DNA from: Phoronis australis
Taxonomy: Eukaryota > Animalia > Phoronida
Reading direction: 5' to 3'
Assembly (NCBI GenBank): GCA_002633005.1
Contig: NMRA01000964.1
Location: forward strand, 23,395-87,394
Length of the DNA: 64,000 nucleotides
Part shown: positions 40,401 to 55,500 of the stretch, piece by piece
Position numbering within the stretch: the first letter of the stretch is position 1
How the letters are laid out: each line of letters starts with the position of its first letter
Position numbers and translations under genes: made by a program
The notes under the pieces: model-generated
Databases searched by the model: none
What the model was told of the DNA's origin: nothing
What the model saw: only the letters and a program-made list of their open reading frames with translations

Positions 40401-43400
40401 ATAATTGCTCTTCACACACAGACAATCCAAAGGCACATTTTCGTATGGTAACTTAGTACTGCTATTCAAAATTCTCCAGGGCCACTGGCTTGTACACTGT
40501 GCCATGCTACACTGCTGGTATGTAGACGACATGCTGTGGGACGAGAAAGGAGTAACAACTCTTGTCCATGTTACAGCTTGATATGGCCTTAAAAATGTCA
40601 CTGAACCTGGAACACTATTGAAACATGAATAATTAAGTACGTCGGGTTGCATAAAATACATGTACTTTGCCCTTGTTTTTCAAAAATATGATATGGTAAC
40701 TGCTTTACAATTTCACACAAAATTAAACAATTACTATTTTCAGAAAGCAAGGTTGTGTATAATATAGTAAGTATTGATTTGTATAGAACTGCGTCTTTAT
40801 TTTACATTCCTAGCCCTAACAATGCTTTAATGCAACACTTGTCTGCAAAATATGCAAGTTATTTGAGGCTAATTCAAATTTTCGATACCATTTTCAAGCC
40901 TTTTGATTTTTGATTCCCTTCAGTGATTATCAACACCGATTACAGATTCATGGATCTTTTTGGAATGTGTTTGTGACAGATTTTCTTGGTTGTTTAGCTT
41001 GGTTGTTTACTGCTCTTGTTCAGTTCAAGGTTATCTTTGTTGCCTCTTGATATATGTTTAGCTTGGTTGTTTACTGCTCTTGTTCAGTTCAAGGTTATCT
41101 TCTCCATTGGTCAGTTTTATATTTGGCGCACATTCTGATTGGTCGAATAGGTTCACTTGCATGCTATATGTTAGATTTTTGTACTATCACATCAGAAGCT
41201 TTTAATACATCATACGAACCACCTCGGGTTTCATCTTTGTACAATATAAACCCACATTTTTTGGTGCCGTGACCCTCAACTCTAGACTCATGGATGTGAA
41301 ACGGCTAAAGGCAAAACGGACTGCTCAGAAGGGGCAAATCACAACGCTGCTCCATCGTCTCACCAACCTCCCGAACGACTCCCATCAAGCAACACCACTT
41401 CTAGATACCCTGAATGATAAACTGGATGCTGTCAAGGACCTCAACGACCAAATCCACCAAGCCATAGAAAACGACGAGCAAGCGGCAGAGGAAATGCTCA
41501 CCGATGACTCCTACGTGACAGACATCCAAATGACAATAGCTGAATTTAATTTCTCATCAGCACAGCAACCTCCACCAGCAATAGCGCCATCCTCAACGCC
41601 CAACCACACTTCTACACCGTCTTCCACCTTTCGCCTGCCAACGTTACAGCTGCAGAAATTTGGCGGAAATATCCTGGAATATCAAACGTTTTGGGACCTG
41701 TACGAGGCCAGCATACACAACTCTCAGTCATTGCCACCAGTGCAAAAATTCGTATACCTCAAATCGCTGCTGGTGGACGAAGCACTCCAACTGATCGATG
41801 GTCTCCCAATCGACAACACTAACTACGCCATCGCGATCCAACTCCTGCAAGAGCGGTATGGCTGTACATCGAAACTGCGAGCCAACCTCATCGAGTCCAT
41901 TACAACACTGGACGTCCCGGACAACCACCCATCGACACTGCGCTCCTTCCACGACACGCTGGAAACCAAATTAAGACAACTCTCTGCTATCGGTTCATAC
42001 GATGGCAGTCTCCTTGTGCCAGTTCTGATGAACAAACTGCCATTCTCCATCAAACGTTCGATCGCACGGCGCACCGACGGTAACCTGGACATAACCCTCA
42101 ACCAGCTACGACACTTTCTGCGAATTGAACTCGACATTCTACATGCATTCCATGACAACACGCCATCTGCAAGTGCATTCCATACGCATGTCAAACGGAA
42201 CTGCAAACCACCACTGAAGTCATGCTTTTACTGTGTCAACAACTCCCACAAGACTATCGAATGCACTCAGTCACACGACCAGAAGCTCGCCAAAATCCGA
42301 CACAGCAAAGCATGTTTTAACTGCCTGGGAAATCATATGGTCTCAGCATGCAAATCGCGTTTTCGATGTCGTACCTGTGGTAAGAAACACCATAGTAGTC
42401 TCTGTTCAGACGCCAACAACACTGCACCTAACGAAACTAGGATCGCGCCCGTGACCGACCGTTCCTCTGGTAACCATGCTCACCACGACTACTCTCAGCG
42501 TGACAACACCAATGCCGCTGCATCAGTCACTCATCTTTCGTCACATAATACTGTACTCCTCAAGACAGCCACAGCATGCGTTAGCGATGGCCATCATCAT
42601 TCGATGTCCACTAATGTTTTATTCGATGAAGGCGCTCAACGATCATTCATCACAACAAATCTTGCCTCCCAGTTACAACTGCGACCCACTTGTAAGGAAA
42701 GAATTCAGGTGACAACATTCGGCGGTGACCAGCAATCAGTGACCGATTATCACGTCTCAGAAATTTACCTGTCTACCCTGAGTGGGTAATATATTTTTAG
42801 GGGTTTAGAGTGGATAGCAAAACAGTTTCATGAAACACGAAAGAACTTCATGAAGTATATAAATCAACTCACCATGTTTTTCCCCCGGACACTATTGTTA
42901 TTTCCACTCATTCTGTTGCACTAAATTTTACATCCCCACGCCCCTATGACAACCTCCTGCTAAGGACCTGAACAAGTAAATTAACAAAACAACTGATATA
43001 CCTGTCTTCAAAAATAGCTGTCCCTTTTCAAATGCTTTGTTCTTTGTCTCCGACATAGAAAGTAGGCTTTGACAACAGATCTGCATTGGGCAGAAAGATC
43101 TTGCTGGTTAGCTGCCTGCAGTCAACGTCTTAAGACCAATATTGTATTTTCAGGGACGGTTGTAGAAGCGATGCATATCTCCTCTGCACGGTACTAGCCC
43201 TCAAACCTTAAAACCAAACGCAAGGTGAAAACAGACGTGATATATTTCCACGTAAACGTGTAATAGATTTCCAGACGACATAGGATAGGTAGCTAACAAA
43301 TAGTCTAATGGATATTTGTGACGTACCCTTTGAATCTTTGGGCTTGAATTATAATCATACCTCACTAACAAACATTGAGTTGACACCATATTGATTGAGG

Positions 43401-46400
43401 TAACTGTGACCGATAAGCCTGTTAGAAATGATTCCAAACATTAATAATACTGCTTTGATATACGAAGAGATCCCGAGTGCTATGTCAAGTATCGTAACAC
43501 ACATCAGTCATCACAACAAACAATGATTCACCGACTGGCGACTGCTGCGAAGTCGATATCGGCCAGTACTATTAGTATCAGCTATCAGTACTGTAAACAT
43601 GGAACAATCGTTAAAATAATCACAAACCTTACCTTTCTACAAGGCTGTGCTTACTTCCTCTCATAGAAGCACCATTTGCACGCAATCTCAGATTGAAATG
43701 GGACAGCTGCAAGCCATTTCTCCATGCATTTAAAGGGTTTTCGAAATCGAGGCTGCTTAATCTATCACCAATAGTACACGCGCGCCCTGTTGTAATGTCA
43801 AGATTATCGAATACTCTCATTGCATGAAAGGGGCATTTGGTGTGTGTAATGATTCAGCGCAGCACATTTTCATGATGACAACAAGCGGTCATAGTTGCAA
43901 AAGCAGGGGTGCCGCAGTGGAGGTAGGTTACTGCAACAGATCACGTGTGGACCGAACCGAGTCACCAAGTGGTTCTTATCTAACTGGAAAAAAACGAATG
44001 AGCTGTTTAGGTTTAGCTGCAGAAAGGTAGCAAACCACGCTGCCTAACGCATTGGAGACTTCAACGCAGACTGCTCTTGACTTCGAAGCCCCTAGTCAGC
44101 AGGCTCAGTTACGTGTATATCGCAGAGTATTGTTATTATTATTTCAAAGTCATGTACACCCGATTCCGTTGATGTGATCACACCGGGTGTTTTCGTAGCC
44201 ACGATATAGTCCTCGGAGGTGTAACATTTTTCTGTATGTGCAAACGTCAATGAGGAAGATTTGTAGATCAAAAATAACGACACTTCTGACTTTCAAGAGT
44301 TAGGCTGCAAGGCATAACTTTAGGTGGCTCAATAGTTTCTTGAATTTCGGCTGAATTTGCTTCCCCCGGCCCAATCTCAACAATTACAAATGTCCCCTGC
44401 AGGGCTAGTTTACCACTGTTTAGGTTCTGTGCTACAGTGTACATGTGAAGGCTACGAATGATTTTTTAGTCTGTTCGGGGTGAAATAGTACACAGTTAGT
44501 ATACTTTGCTCGTATTTCAGTAACCGGCTGCATATCCGGTAGTCGTAAAATATGGAAAGATTGACTTTGGATTCAGTTTTAACAGACTTTTTTAGATGTT
44601 TTCAAAATCTTCGGCCCATTGTACTGTTCATATTTTCAGATTCTGTACATTATATGGAGCAGACCGTTGAGCTACCAATACCTGGCAGTTCAAACTCAAA
44701 ATCACATATTTTTAAAGTCACCAAAAAACCCTCACTTGACCTAACCTCGTTGCTGAATGAGCACATGTGCGTATACGAAACATATCGGAGAGATAATTTG
44801 AGGCTAAACCGGAAAATACCCGTGTTGTTACGGACGAGCGTTGTGATGCGTAGGGCCACTCTGATGATGGCATCGGATACGAAGGAACTAATGATTTCTG
44901 CTTGTACCACACCATGCTTTCTTCCTGCAGTGGCACAAGTCTCCCTTATTATAGGCGGCGCTGTGACTAAGAGTAATGCATCTGGCTTACAGATTAACAT
45001 GACGTCTAGCCAATTGATCCAGCTGAACTGGGAGGAGTGAATCAAGCACAGGCAGTGCATAGCAGGTTATACCCACCCATGTCCTTTCTGTTGCACCAAC
45101 CGCAAGCTTGTGGGCAGTTCACCACCATGTAGGCAGGCACAAGGTGACAGTACCAAGCATTTGCCAAAATAGAACATTGCTCGTCACCCAGAGGATTCTT
45201 ACAATTTCCTGGAAAGACAAAGAAAATGATCCCTGTAGATTATCTGTCAGGATTGAACGCATGTTATTGACTTCCTCACTGTCAGTCTCACATGATTTCC
45301 ATCGGTAAAAATGTAATTTAGGGGACAGCTATTTGGGAGAAATCAACAAGAAAAAATGCCATACCCGTTCCATGAGACAACAGTGAACGGATATCCTGTA
45401 TACATTGACTTAAGTTATGCAAATTTAACGTGTGTAAAATGACCGTGGCAAACATCTCATCTCGAAAATGAGTAGACTGCACTCGTTCAAACGATGGTCT
45501 ACAAGAGCGCGCGCGAGAGGTAACAGTTGAATGTACATGTATACAAATATGTATATGTATACATACATGCATACAGACATACATACGTACGTACATGCAT
45601 AAATACGTACAAACATACATACATACATGGAAAACATTATTGAATACGCGAAAGTAGAACCAATGCGTTGTCTAAGGATACAACGGTAAATCAGGGAGGG
45701 TGACACAGTCTCCTGGTGAAACAATTCTCGTGTACGGAAACAATGTTGACTAGCCTTGTTTATTTTGGCTATGCAATACATTCATTCAAGTTGTCGTTCC
45801 TGAAAAAGGATTTCACTGCTCCAAAAGCAAATGCTTTCAGAAGAAATCGAAATTTCCGACGCATCGTGACCAGACCAGTATTTCAATTTGGGTCATCAAA
45901 ATGGGTAAGTTGCCTACTAAACATCCCCAAAAAAGCAGGCAGAAACGATTTCAAATCGAACTAAAGGGCGTTGTTGTTAATAAATATATGGTATATTTAC
46001 ATTGTAAACTAATATGTCTACAAGAAATTATGACCTAATCATCGAGTGTATATTTTGACTGACACAATCGTTTGCTCGCCCATTCCTCGATTTTACCTTT
46101 TCTCGCAACCACCCTAAAACTCAAATTCCGCGAATCAGCCAATGCATCAAACACGTTTAGCGATCAACTGAGGAAATTGTCTACCACTGTCTCAATTTTG
46201 AAAGCTAACAATCCAAACTTAAACCTAAGAAATTAAGAAATCCATTGAAGCTAAACGTCACGTTGCTGGACCACTGTTTTGTTAATCATTCAAAGTTATA
46301 TTCCGGGATTGACTACTTCTAAGCTTCAAGCAAACTTGATTGTTATTGAATGGTTCATTGTTTTAATTTGTTTATATCGCGAAATGAAAAGTCTTACCAA

Positions 46401-46535
46401 TTGATGCATTAAGTTTATATATGACGTCAAAAGACAACAGGCCAAAGAACATGGAGTCAACATGTCGGTCGAGATGGGACATTTTCCTGTGAAACTCAAA
46501 ATGACATTGCAGTATGTGGGATAATACATATATTG

Positions 46536-46598
<63 letters not shown>

Positions 46599-49500
46599 CC
46601 GGAGATCATAAATGGCAAACGGTGATTCACGGAGGAGCGCTATACAATAGAATAGAATTCAGTATAACACAAGTAAACATCAGAAAGCATAAGGCACCAC
46701 ATGTACATGTAGGTGCTATTTACCATTTACACTTTTTGCGTATGACTGAAGGACTGACACATGGAATCAGTCCTATATCCTACTTCGATAGATATATGAA
46801 CATGGCACCTTATTAAAAATAATTGAAGGGGTCATTACCGTAACTACTCTGCATACAATACATCATCTTCGGTAAGGACTTCTCAGGATTCACGTGTTAT
46901 GTCGTCGCTTCCAGTTGAAGGAATTCGAATATCTCACAGAATGGAAGTCATTGCAACGTATACATGTACATGTAGGTTCTCGAAATAAATCAGCGTGTTC
47001 AATTAACGACTTCACGCTAGCGTCCCATAAAACCATCAAGTGCGACCCACCTTGAGTCACGGTGTCTGAGCCATGTTAATCTCGAGTGCTATTATTTTGA
47101 GATCGCACTAAAGAAGGAAGAAAAACATCAATGATTTTGAATGCAATGTTCACCTAGCTAACGGACTACGAAACATGTCCGCTTTTTGCGTTACATGCAA
47201 CTTCACGTTCAAACATCGTCATTTACCTTTTGCATGTTGACTGCCTCCTTTCATAGTTTTTCCACAGATTCCGCATGTTTTTCTACATTTAGGCACTACA
47301 GACAGAGCATCTCGCCAACAGCCTCGTTCCAACTTATGCTTTTCACACAGATCGTCTCTGATGGTATTATTACATTCTAGAAAAATGGGGAGTTTTTTTA
47401 GTCAGGACACACACCATTTGCTATGTTCGTGATGACCCTGTAAGCGGTTTTGCCAATATAGAGGCGGGTGCCAAGCAAACCTGAAAATACAACGAATGGA
47501 AATTCGTCAAATCCGCCTGAAAATATGAAAATGTTATCGTCTGACATAATCTTATTCGCTAAACTCATATAAAAGCGGGTGGATAGAGACGACACGTGTG
47601 GGCGACCAAATTCTTTTTTTCTTTAGTGGTTAGTGGTTTCGCCAAAGCTAATGTTAAAAAGCGCAACAATACTGTTTTGCTCGCCATGCCTTGGGTTCGA
47701 GATATCGCAATTTGTATCGTTGTACATTAAGAATTTACACTGAAAATCTGAACAATTCATTCTCGAATTCTGCCCATTGGTTACCCTTTTCTAAACTTAA
47801 GGTGGACTTAGAAGAGTTCATCCATCCTTAGCCAAAAATTATGTTTAAAAAGGTGCCAGGCAAGCGTAATATATCCAACTGCTATTTGCTGTCACTTCTA
47901 CTGCAAGATACTAACATAATCGACGTCAAGGCTTGGTGGTATTTCTTCATCATTCTAATAATTACCTTTCGGTTACAAGGAGTTTCGTCGAAATCGGAAC
48001 TTCGGTGTAAAACAGATATACCGGTGTCGAAATCAAATACCCGCACACTCACAACAGCTAACCAGCCCGAAAGAAACGAACCGAAACAGGAACCCGGGGA
48101 TCGGACAATACGCCTGCTACCGAAAAATCACCCCGCACTTTCTTTGAAACATTTCTTATCTCAAAAAGTAGTTCCCAAGTACCTTTAAATTGCTTTGTGA
48201 TTATACCACTTGGATCCACAGTTTCATATTTCAGTGCTCGATTTGACGACCTGCATGTCGCCAATGCGAACTCAAATTGTAGTTGTCTGCCTGCAAAAAT
48301 TCCAAGTTGTCACGAGGTCGCCATAGCGAGTATCGAGGTCAGAGAACAATTCTCTTTAAATTCGCTTCAAGGTATATGTATGTGCTGACTTCCAAAGTTT
48401 AAGGTACATATATTAAAGTTTTCCTATATTTGTCCCCAATTGTTTCGTTTATTTCATGAATTCAGCGCATTTGTCACCACGTTTAAATTATAACATGTAG
48501 TCAACAGACAGAAGTCGAAATTGTTCGGCAAAAATTGAGTAGGTTCGACAAAATTGGCGGCACCCCGCATGCTATCGTCTGCTTTCTGTACCCGGTCACC
48601 AGTTGTTGGCGAGAGAAATAATGGTAAGATTTATACAACGGAATGAACGTACAGCGTATGTAATATGAGGCGGAAACCGGAATAGCGGACCAAGAATGGG
48701 CGCCGGCGTTATTTTTTCTTTCAGTCGAGGGAACTTCTCGCCGAAATGGAGAATAGGAAACCTTAGAATTTGTCGGCGCCGGAGATTTTCAATTTTGTGA
48801 CCTCAGACTTCAATTGGAGGCCTGAGATTTTTGCCAGGCCTTCAAATTCGACTTGGAGTTCAGCTAAGCGTCGAGCGGTGCATGTTAATGAAAAATGAAT
48901 AGCCCCACTTTAAATAGTTGGGACATATGTTTTGCTATACACGTAAGAGAATTTTAAAAAAACATGCTCCTGCTTCTTTATCCCCAATTCGTCATTCAAA
49001 CTTTTGATATTAATACCAGCAAACCGAATTTCAGAACAGATTTTACAGAAGTGATCAGCCAAAAAGTGTGTGAACTGGTCTGAGTTCATACATGTAGGTT
49101 CCTATTCCTCATTTCGTTTTAATGACCGATAGGGAGTTTAAGTACCCTATTTCAGGGCAAGAACCGAACGGTAAAATTGATGACGGTTCAGGTCTTTGTC
49201 TTTTGAGTGAAAAAGTCTCGTAGTACATTTAAAAATCCGGAAATAGATAATGCCGGAAATAACCTAACTCGACCAATAAACCGGCAAACTGAAAAGTGCG
49301 CTCAATTGTGAAGATAACTAAAAAAAAAATAATCAACAGCGTCACTGTAAAGATGAAGCAATGGCTGTTTCTCATTATAGAATTTTTTTGGAGAAACTGT
49401 TCAATAATGTGAAATTAATTAATTATTCATCTAGATAACAAGGTGTTGAGAGTATACATATAGATCATTAGATGGCGAAGTCGTTATCCCCCCTAGTCTA

Positions 49501-52500
49501 GAGCCCGTGTGGATTTTAGGCGATAATGCTCCAAAATCCACAGGGGCTTTCGATTACGGGGGATAACGTCTGAGAACAAGTATTAATCTATTGATACCAC
49601 ATACTGAACGAGAATCGATCTAGCTTTCTCGACTCGCCTTGGCTTTTCTTACTACTTTCTATGTAAGAGGCCCGGGGTTGGAGGTCGTGATCTTTGAAGA
49701 AAAGCCGAGTAATTTTTGTCAAAATAATGTTTTTACTCAAAACCAACTGAAAATTTAAAACAAAACAGAGATAAAGTGAATCTATAAATTAAGGTTTAGC
49801 AACTACTCTAGCTTATTACACATTATATCACACTTAGCTTCGAACTGGGAAAATATCGTCTGCTAAATTAGGTTGCCACAGGTTACTGAGTATAATGCCC
49901 AAGTCAAAGGATCCCGACGACACGATAACCGCATTCAAATTGGAGATCGATGATTTACAAGTGAGAGAAAAATTTAACTTACATGTAATTAAAATATCGT
50001 CTGTATGGAAAATATGGGTTTTATTTTCCAGAGTGTATAAATGTCGGTACAATGCCCGTTGTTGAACATGCTATTATTGCGCATGCTCACTTAGTATTCT
50101 ATTTTCACGTTCGATGTCGTCAGCTGCTTACTGGTGCAGTGGTAAAGTCGACGACTCGAAACGTTTTCAGAGCGGGTTCAAAACTGGCCTCGGGTTTCCC
50201 AACAAAACGTTGTTTAACGCCATTAAATAACTAAAAGGGTTATTCAGCGGTTGTATTGGCCATTCCAGGCTTTTATTGTGCTATAAATGTAGATTGTGTT
50301 GAAATTCGCCCATAGACAAGATGCACGATTTTTACGGATGAAATCAAATAACGAAGCCAACATAATATAAGTTACAGTTTTAACAAACAAGTGCAGAAAG
50401 CAACTGGAAAGTACTTGAAGATGATTTAATTAAAATTTGATGCTACTGGCATCGTCGAAGAAAATTCGAAAAAAGAGTCCAGGCTTCTTGTCAGATACCT
50501 GGGATACCACTTTTAATGGTCGGAGTTTATGTTCTGGCTTGTTAGCTGTTTGGTGAAGATTTAGGAGTTTGTTTTTGAGATTCCAATTTCGAAGTAACAT
50601 GCTGGATTAAGGGACGCAAATGTTATTTGTTAAAACTAGCACCGTTCCTATCTACCAGACTGTTTCTTTAAAAAAATATAAAAATAAGTCTTACAGCACG
50701 CCCATATGATTTACAAACTAGGAAAAATGGTCACACAAAAATGCGCGATATAATAATGTTCTATATAAGGGACACCCCCGAGGCTACAAGCGAAACTTGG
50801 GCGAAACACTGTGAAACTCTCATATGCCTAGCGTACTTGTACATTTGCTATCCACGATGATTGTGTAATGGCTATATACCCGCCGTCCGAAAACACCAAG
50901 CTCTAGATTGAGTACTTAGACGCTGGTGCGAACTTTCCTCACTCGATTCAGAGCTTCATCTTGGGCTTGGGCCGAACTGACAGTTCCCTATAGCTCAAGA
51001 TCATGCTCGATAACTTGTGACGATATATCACGTTATCACTGCGGCAACCACGCGCTCACCCAAACACTGCCACTTCTTCCGCAAATTACCCAACTATTTG
51101 AACTTTTGTATTGAATTGTCAATCTTTAAGATTTTTTATTTAATTCTTCGCGCCCATTACTGTCTTGGTAAAGTGCCAAAGCATGTTTTCAACGTTAATA
51201 TTATTCTTACTAATCGATTGTATATAGCCTGCTGTACCCAAGCATTCAAAATTAAGGAACTCGTTACCGAAACAAACGTCTTTATTTCCACCAGCAGTTT
51301 TTCAGAAAAAAAACTGTCTAGGGCCTCCTTTGGGTCTTTTAGGTTTTTATAAAAACGGATTGTAAAACAACTAATTTATAAAACGAAACGATTACTGACA
51401 ATGTTTGGAAGTCAAATAGCAAGGCAAACTCCGAGAATTTGACTAAAAATGTCTACATGTACGTCCACTTTAGAGACGGTTTTTGAATTGTGATGAGGGT
51501 TTTTTCCGTACCAGCACAGGATTAAATGAGTTTTGTATTTACTTATCTCATCAATGAAATTTGAAAACCTTGAGCTACGCTGAAACTAACTAAGATTTAC
51601 AAAGACCGAAATTTGCATCAATACGTTCGCATAAAATGACCCCGATTGGCCGACATGAACGTACAGGTATGTTAAAATGTCGCTCGGCTAAAAGGTCAAA
51701 AATGTTGGGAAAAAGCAACCACCAACCTTTTCCGTGTTTAGTAGGTCCCTTTTCGCTCTCCTGGCAACTGTTTGTGCCGTCTCTACAGAAGCACGTACAT
51801 TCTTTGTTGACGAAGCCGCCGTCACGACACCGAATATTGGTTGGACAATGGACTGTCAATTACATGTACATGTATCAACTTTAAGGCCAAACTTTTTGAA
51901 GCATACCGCAACCGCGGTTCTTGAACTGATTAATCCCTAAAACTGCGAAAATCCAATTAGCAATTGCTTCTGTCAGACAGTCTGAAAGACACTTTCAGTT
52001 TGAAAGAAAGATATATCAGGCGTGACAAGCAGTGTGTTCTTTACAATGCACAAAGATTTATCGCCATTGGATAATACAAAATGAGGTTTGTTTGCAGCGA
52101 TGAGTTTACACGTACTGATGGCGTACTTGTTTAATCAAACGATTGCACTGAAGAAACATCCGAAAAATATGACCATTTTGTATTGTGTATTCTAATTCAA
52201 CGTTAGTTCTAAAACAATTATTTCTCGACACGTCATGCTATCACAAGAAGATCAATCTGTTCCTAATGTAACTCAAACCACATCACATTTGCAAAAAATT
52301 CCTCACAAAATTAAAGAAAAAGTTAGTCGGAATAATTTTTTTATAACATAGTCAACGATTTAGGCCATGGACCGTAGCTAGGGAGACAATTCTTCCAGCT
52401 GAAATCCCATTGGACTGGCGGACACTGTTGTTTCATTGACGGTGGTGACATCTAGCAGAAGTGTGCAATAAGCAAATATGGCAGGATATGACGGCTCCGG

Positions 52501-55500
52501 TAAGAAAAAAGCAACGGTTCTTACTGTATTGCTTACGGCTACAGCAAAAGTAAATTGAAAGTTCGTAACTTACGCTTGTTTGCTTCCCCAATAATTAAAA
52601 TAGATGATGTTCACGATTGAAACAATGTTTTTGCGTGAAGTGGACGATTTGAACTTGTCTTTAGTGTTCCCTGGATTTGATCTCTTATATGGTTTGCATG
52701 ATATTGGTACTTTCTGATTAGTTTATTATATGGTCTTTGATTGTCCTTACCACTTTCTCTCATTTCTTTTTAAAGTCTTAATACATTCAGATCGAAACGG
52801 ATTACTATTATTATTTATTTACTAAGTTTATTAATGTTATGCTGTAGTTTCATATGTTTGTTTTTCAGTATGCTTCATGATTTATTTATCATTGATACCA
52901 ATTCATTGTTTTTAATACATTCGCTAGGTGCAGTAGTAGCCTGTTTTGTTGTTCCTGATTAAACATCATTGAGTGGAACTGTTTACTTTTTATAATTATA
53001 ATGATTATAATTTGGACACTACTACAGCATTTTTTTCTGCATCCACAATATTTTCCTTGACGGTCAATTATTTTTCAAAGCGACTAGACAGATTCTGACG
53101 AAACTTCACGGTATTTAAATTTATGGCTAGGATACACCAGCACCACTTACTTTTTAGACTGATTTACATGTAAGTCCCATACTATCCCGTTTTCAATAAA
53201 ATAATTCTTGTCTAAACGGTGTTTAACGAAACAACACAAGGAGAAACATGGCGTGGATGCATCGCTTTTTGTGCAATCTTGACTGCACTTCGAAGTGCTA
53301 ATTTTTTATTTTATATCATATGATCTTCAGTGCATAATAAATATTAACTGTATGGTTTGGTAACCTGCTGGATAATGTGCCAAAGGAGGTGTTGAAGGAA
53401 GTGTTCTTTTAAAGGCAACTTGAGCCCTACATCGGTGGATATTACGGAAGTATGTGTATTACCTTGCAAACCACGTTACACTCAATGACAATGTGATTTG
53501 TTAAGGTTTTTGTTGTCATTAAATTAAGATTTTTCATGTTATTTACTTTAAAATTGGCCAATTTTACCTGGCAACGTAAGCCGAGTATGCCTAAACTAAT
53601 TGCTGATAATTGATTTAATAAAATGGAAATACCATAATTAAGAGAGCTGGAAAGCATCGTAAAAACTAGACTGTGTTTTCAATAGTCATGGGGCGTATAC
53701 AAGGCCGGTTTACTAGGTTGCAGGCAGGAACTCCATCTCTTGCCGGTCTTCAACCCCTTACCCCTGTTCCCCCAAGTTTCAATGACAACCCACCCAAATT
53801 CGCTACCCATTTGAGATCTCATCAGGCACGGATGCTACGGGTCCGGTGTGCGGTTGGATGAAACAATCCCAAATAGTGACTCCACCATGCTCCTAAATCT
53901 ACTGCGTATTTGTGAGTTTTCTATGTTGAATTTTCGATATTATTGAAAATTAGTAGGGAACAAAGAGGCCTTGTCCCCCATTTTCACTTAGTGATATCAA
54001 GTCTATAATTTTACATTGTTATCTTAGACCGCCCTTGGGTGTTGTAGCGTGTGGATTTTCGAAACGTGGACCCGTGTTTGGAAGGCGTAAGATGGCAGTT
54101 TTTGGACATTGGCGTGAGAAATGTTTGATGCTTGGGAGAGGAGAGTTTGTAATTTTTCAATTTTATTTTAAAGAAAAGTTTGTGTGTTGAAAGCGTTAAT
54201 AATTAATTTTATATTCTTATGTAAGTAGTCTGTTATTTGCCCCCAGGAGCATAACATGTCAGAGTACAAAAGCTTGAAATTTTCTATAAGCAAATTTTTA
54301 TAAGCATAATTAGATTTTAAGATTAAACACCCTACATACTTTCTTTAATTCATATTTAAGGTACATATAACCCATTCTTTATTTTTTCCTTCAAAAATCG
54401 TTTATTCCATTTTACTAACAAGGACTTATACAGCTAAGCCCCTTATTTCCCAACAAATTACAGCAATATCTCTTCTAACTCTTGGGGGTTCATTTTGCAA
54501 TATGAGTCCATGGATAATATTATTTATCTCCCTTCGTTTGTTAGGAGGCATACCTAATGCATGCATAACACAATTTATTTTTTACATAGCAAAGGTTTTG
54601 ATCACATCAATTCTTCCAAGGAAATATTGCTGCTTTTCCATATATCTCATGTTTTTTGAAATTTTTTACGGGGATTGTTTTTCCTTATTGTGTACCAAAT
54701 TGTACAGAGTTTTACCATTAGTACAAAGCCTTTCTTATGAAACGAAAATTTAATGTCACTTAGTGAGAAAGGACAGGTATATATACTAGAAGCTTTTGGT
54801 TTTCATTTCAATGGGGTCTAGTCTCAATGGCTTGTAGAAGTGCTTGTACTATGGTCCAGTTTCGACACGTGAGTTTCCTTCATCTAACCTCAGTCAGCCT
54901 CAGTAACACCCACAATAAGATCATTGAAGGTAAACGCAACAGCACATCACTTGACTTGCTTTGTGCCTAAAATCTGACCCTGAACTAGACCAGAGTGTTA
55001 ATAGGTCTTCTTTAGCTTCAGTCCCTCATGCTTCATCCAGGTAAGGAAATAAGCCATTGTTGTCCACACATAACTCATTGCCTATAGCAGGGCATCCTCA
55101 CCAACAAGGCTGGCTGGGGCAGCAGTCAGATGAAGTTTCCTCTTCACATCCAAACAATCCACTGGCAAATTTCTTATGGTAACTTAGTACTGCGTAACAT
55201 ATTTCTTTAGGACCACTGGCTTGTACAATGTGCCATGCAGCACTGCTGGTGTGTGGGAATGCTGTGGGAAGAGAACGAAATTACAAAGCTAGCCTACAAG
55301 GCGGCTTGAAATGACCTTAAAATGTCACTGAACTTGGAACAAATATTTAAACATGAATAATTAAGTACTTCATGCTGGATCAAAAATGTTTCCCCTGTTT
55401 CTCAAAAATATGATATGGTAACAGCTCTACAATTTCACACAAAATTCAATAATTACTATTTCCAGAAAGCACGTGTGTATATACTAAGTATTGTATAAAA

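Larger units (their letters stand above)
39744..43820. repeat. Intronic repeat copy B (interrupted by BEL/Pao)
   Basis: Colinear by eye with ~54750-56980. Its first ~360 bp also recur at 35095-35444. Confidence 0.85.

Noticed and set aside
46514-46816. ORF with CVCVCV run
   Set aside because: Translation of a TG microsatellite.
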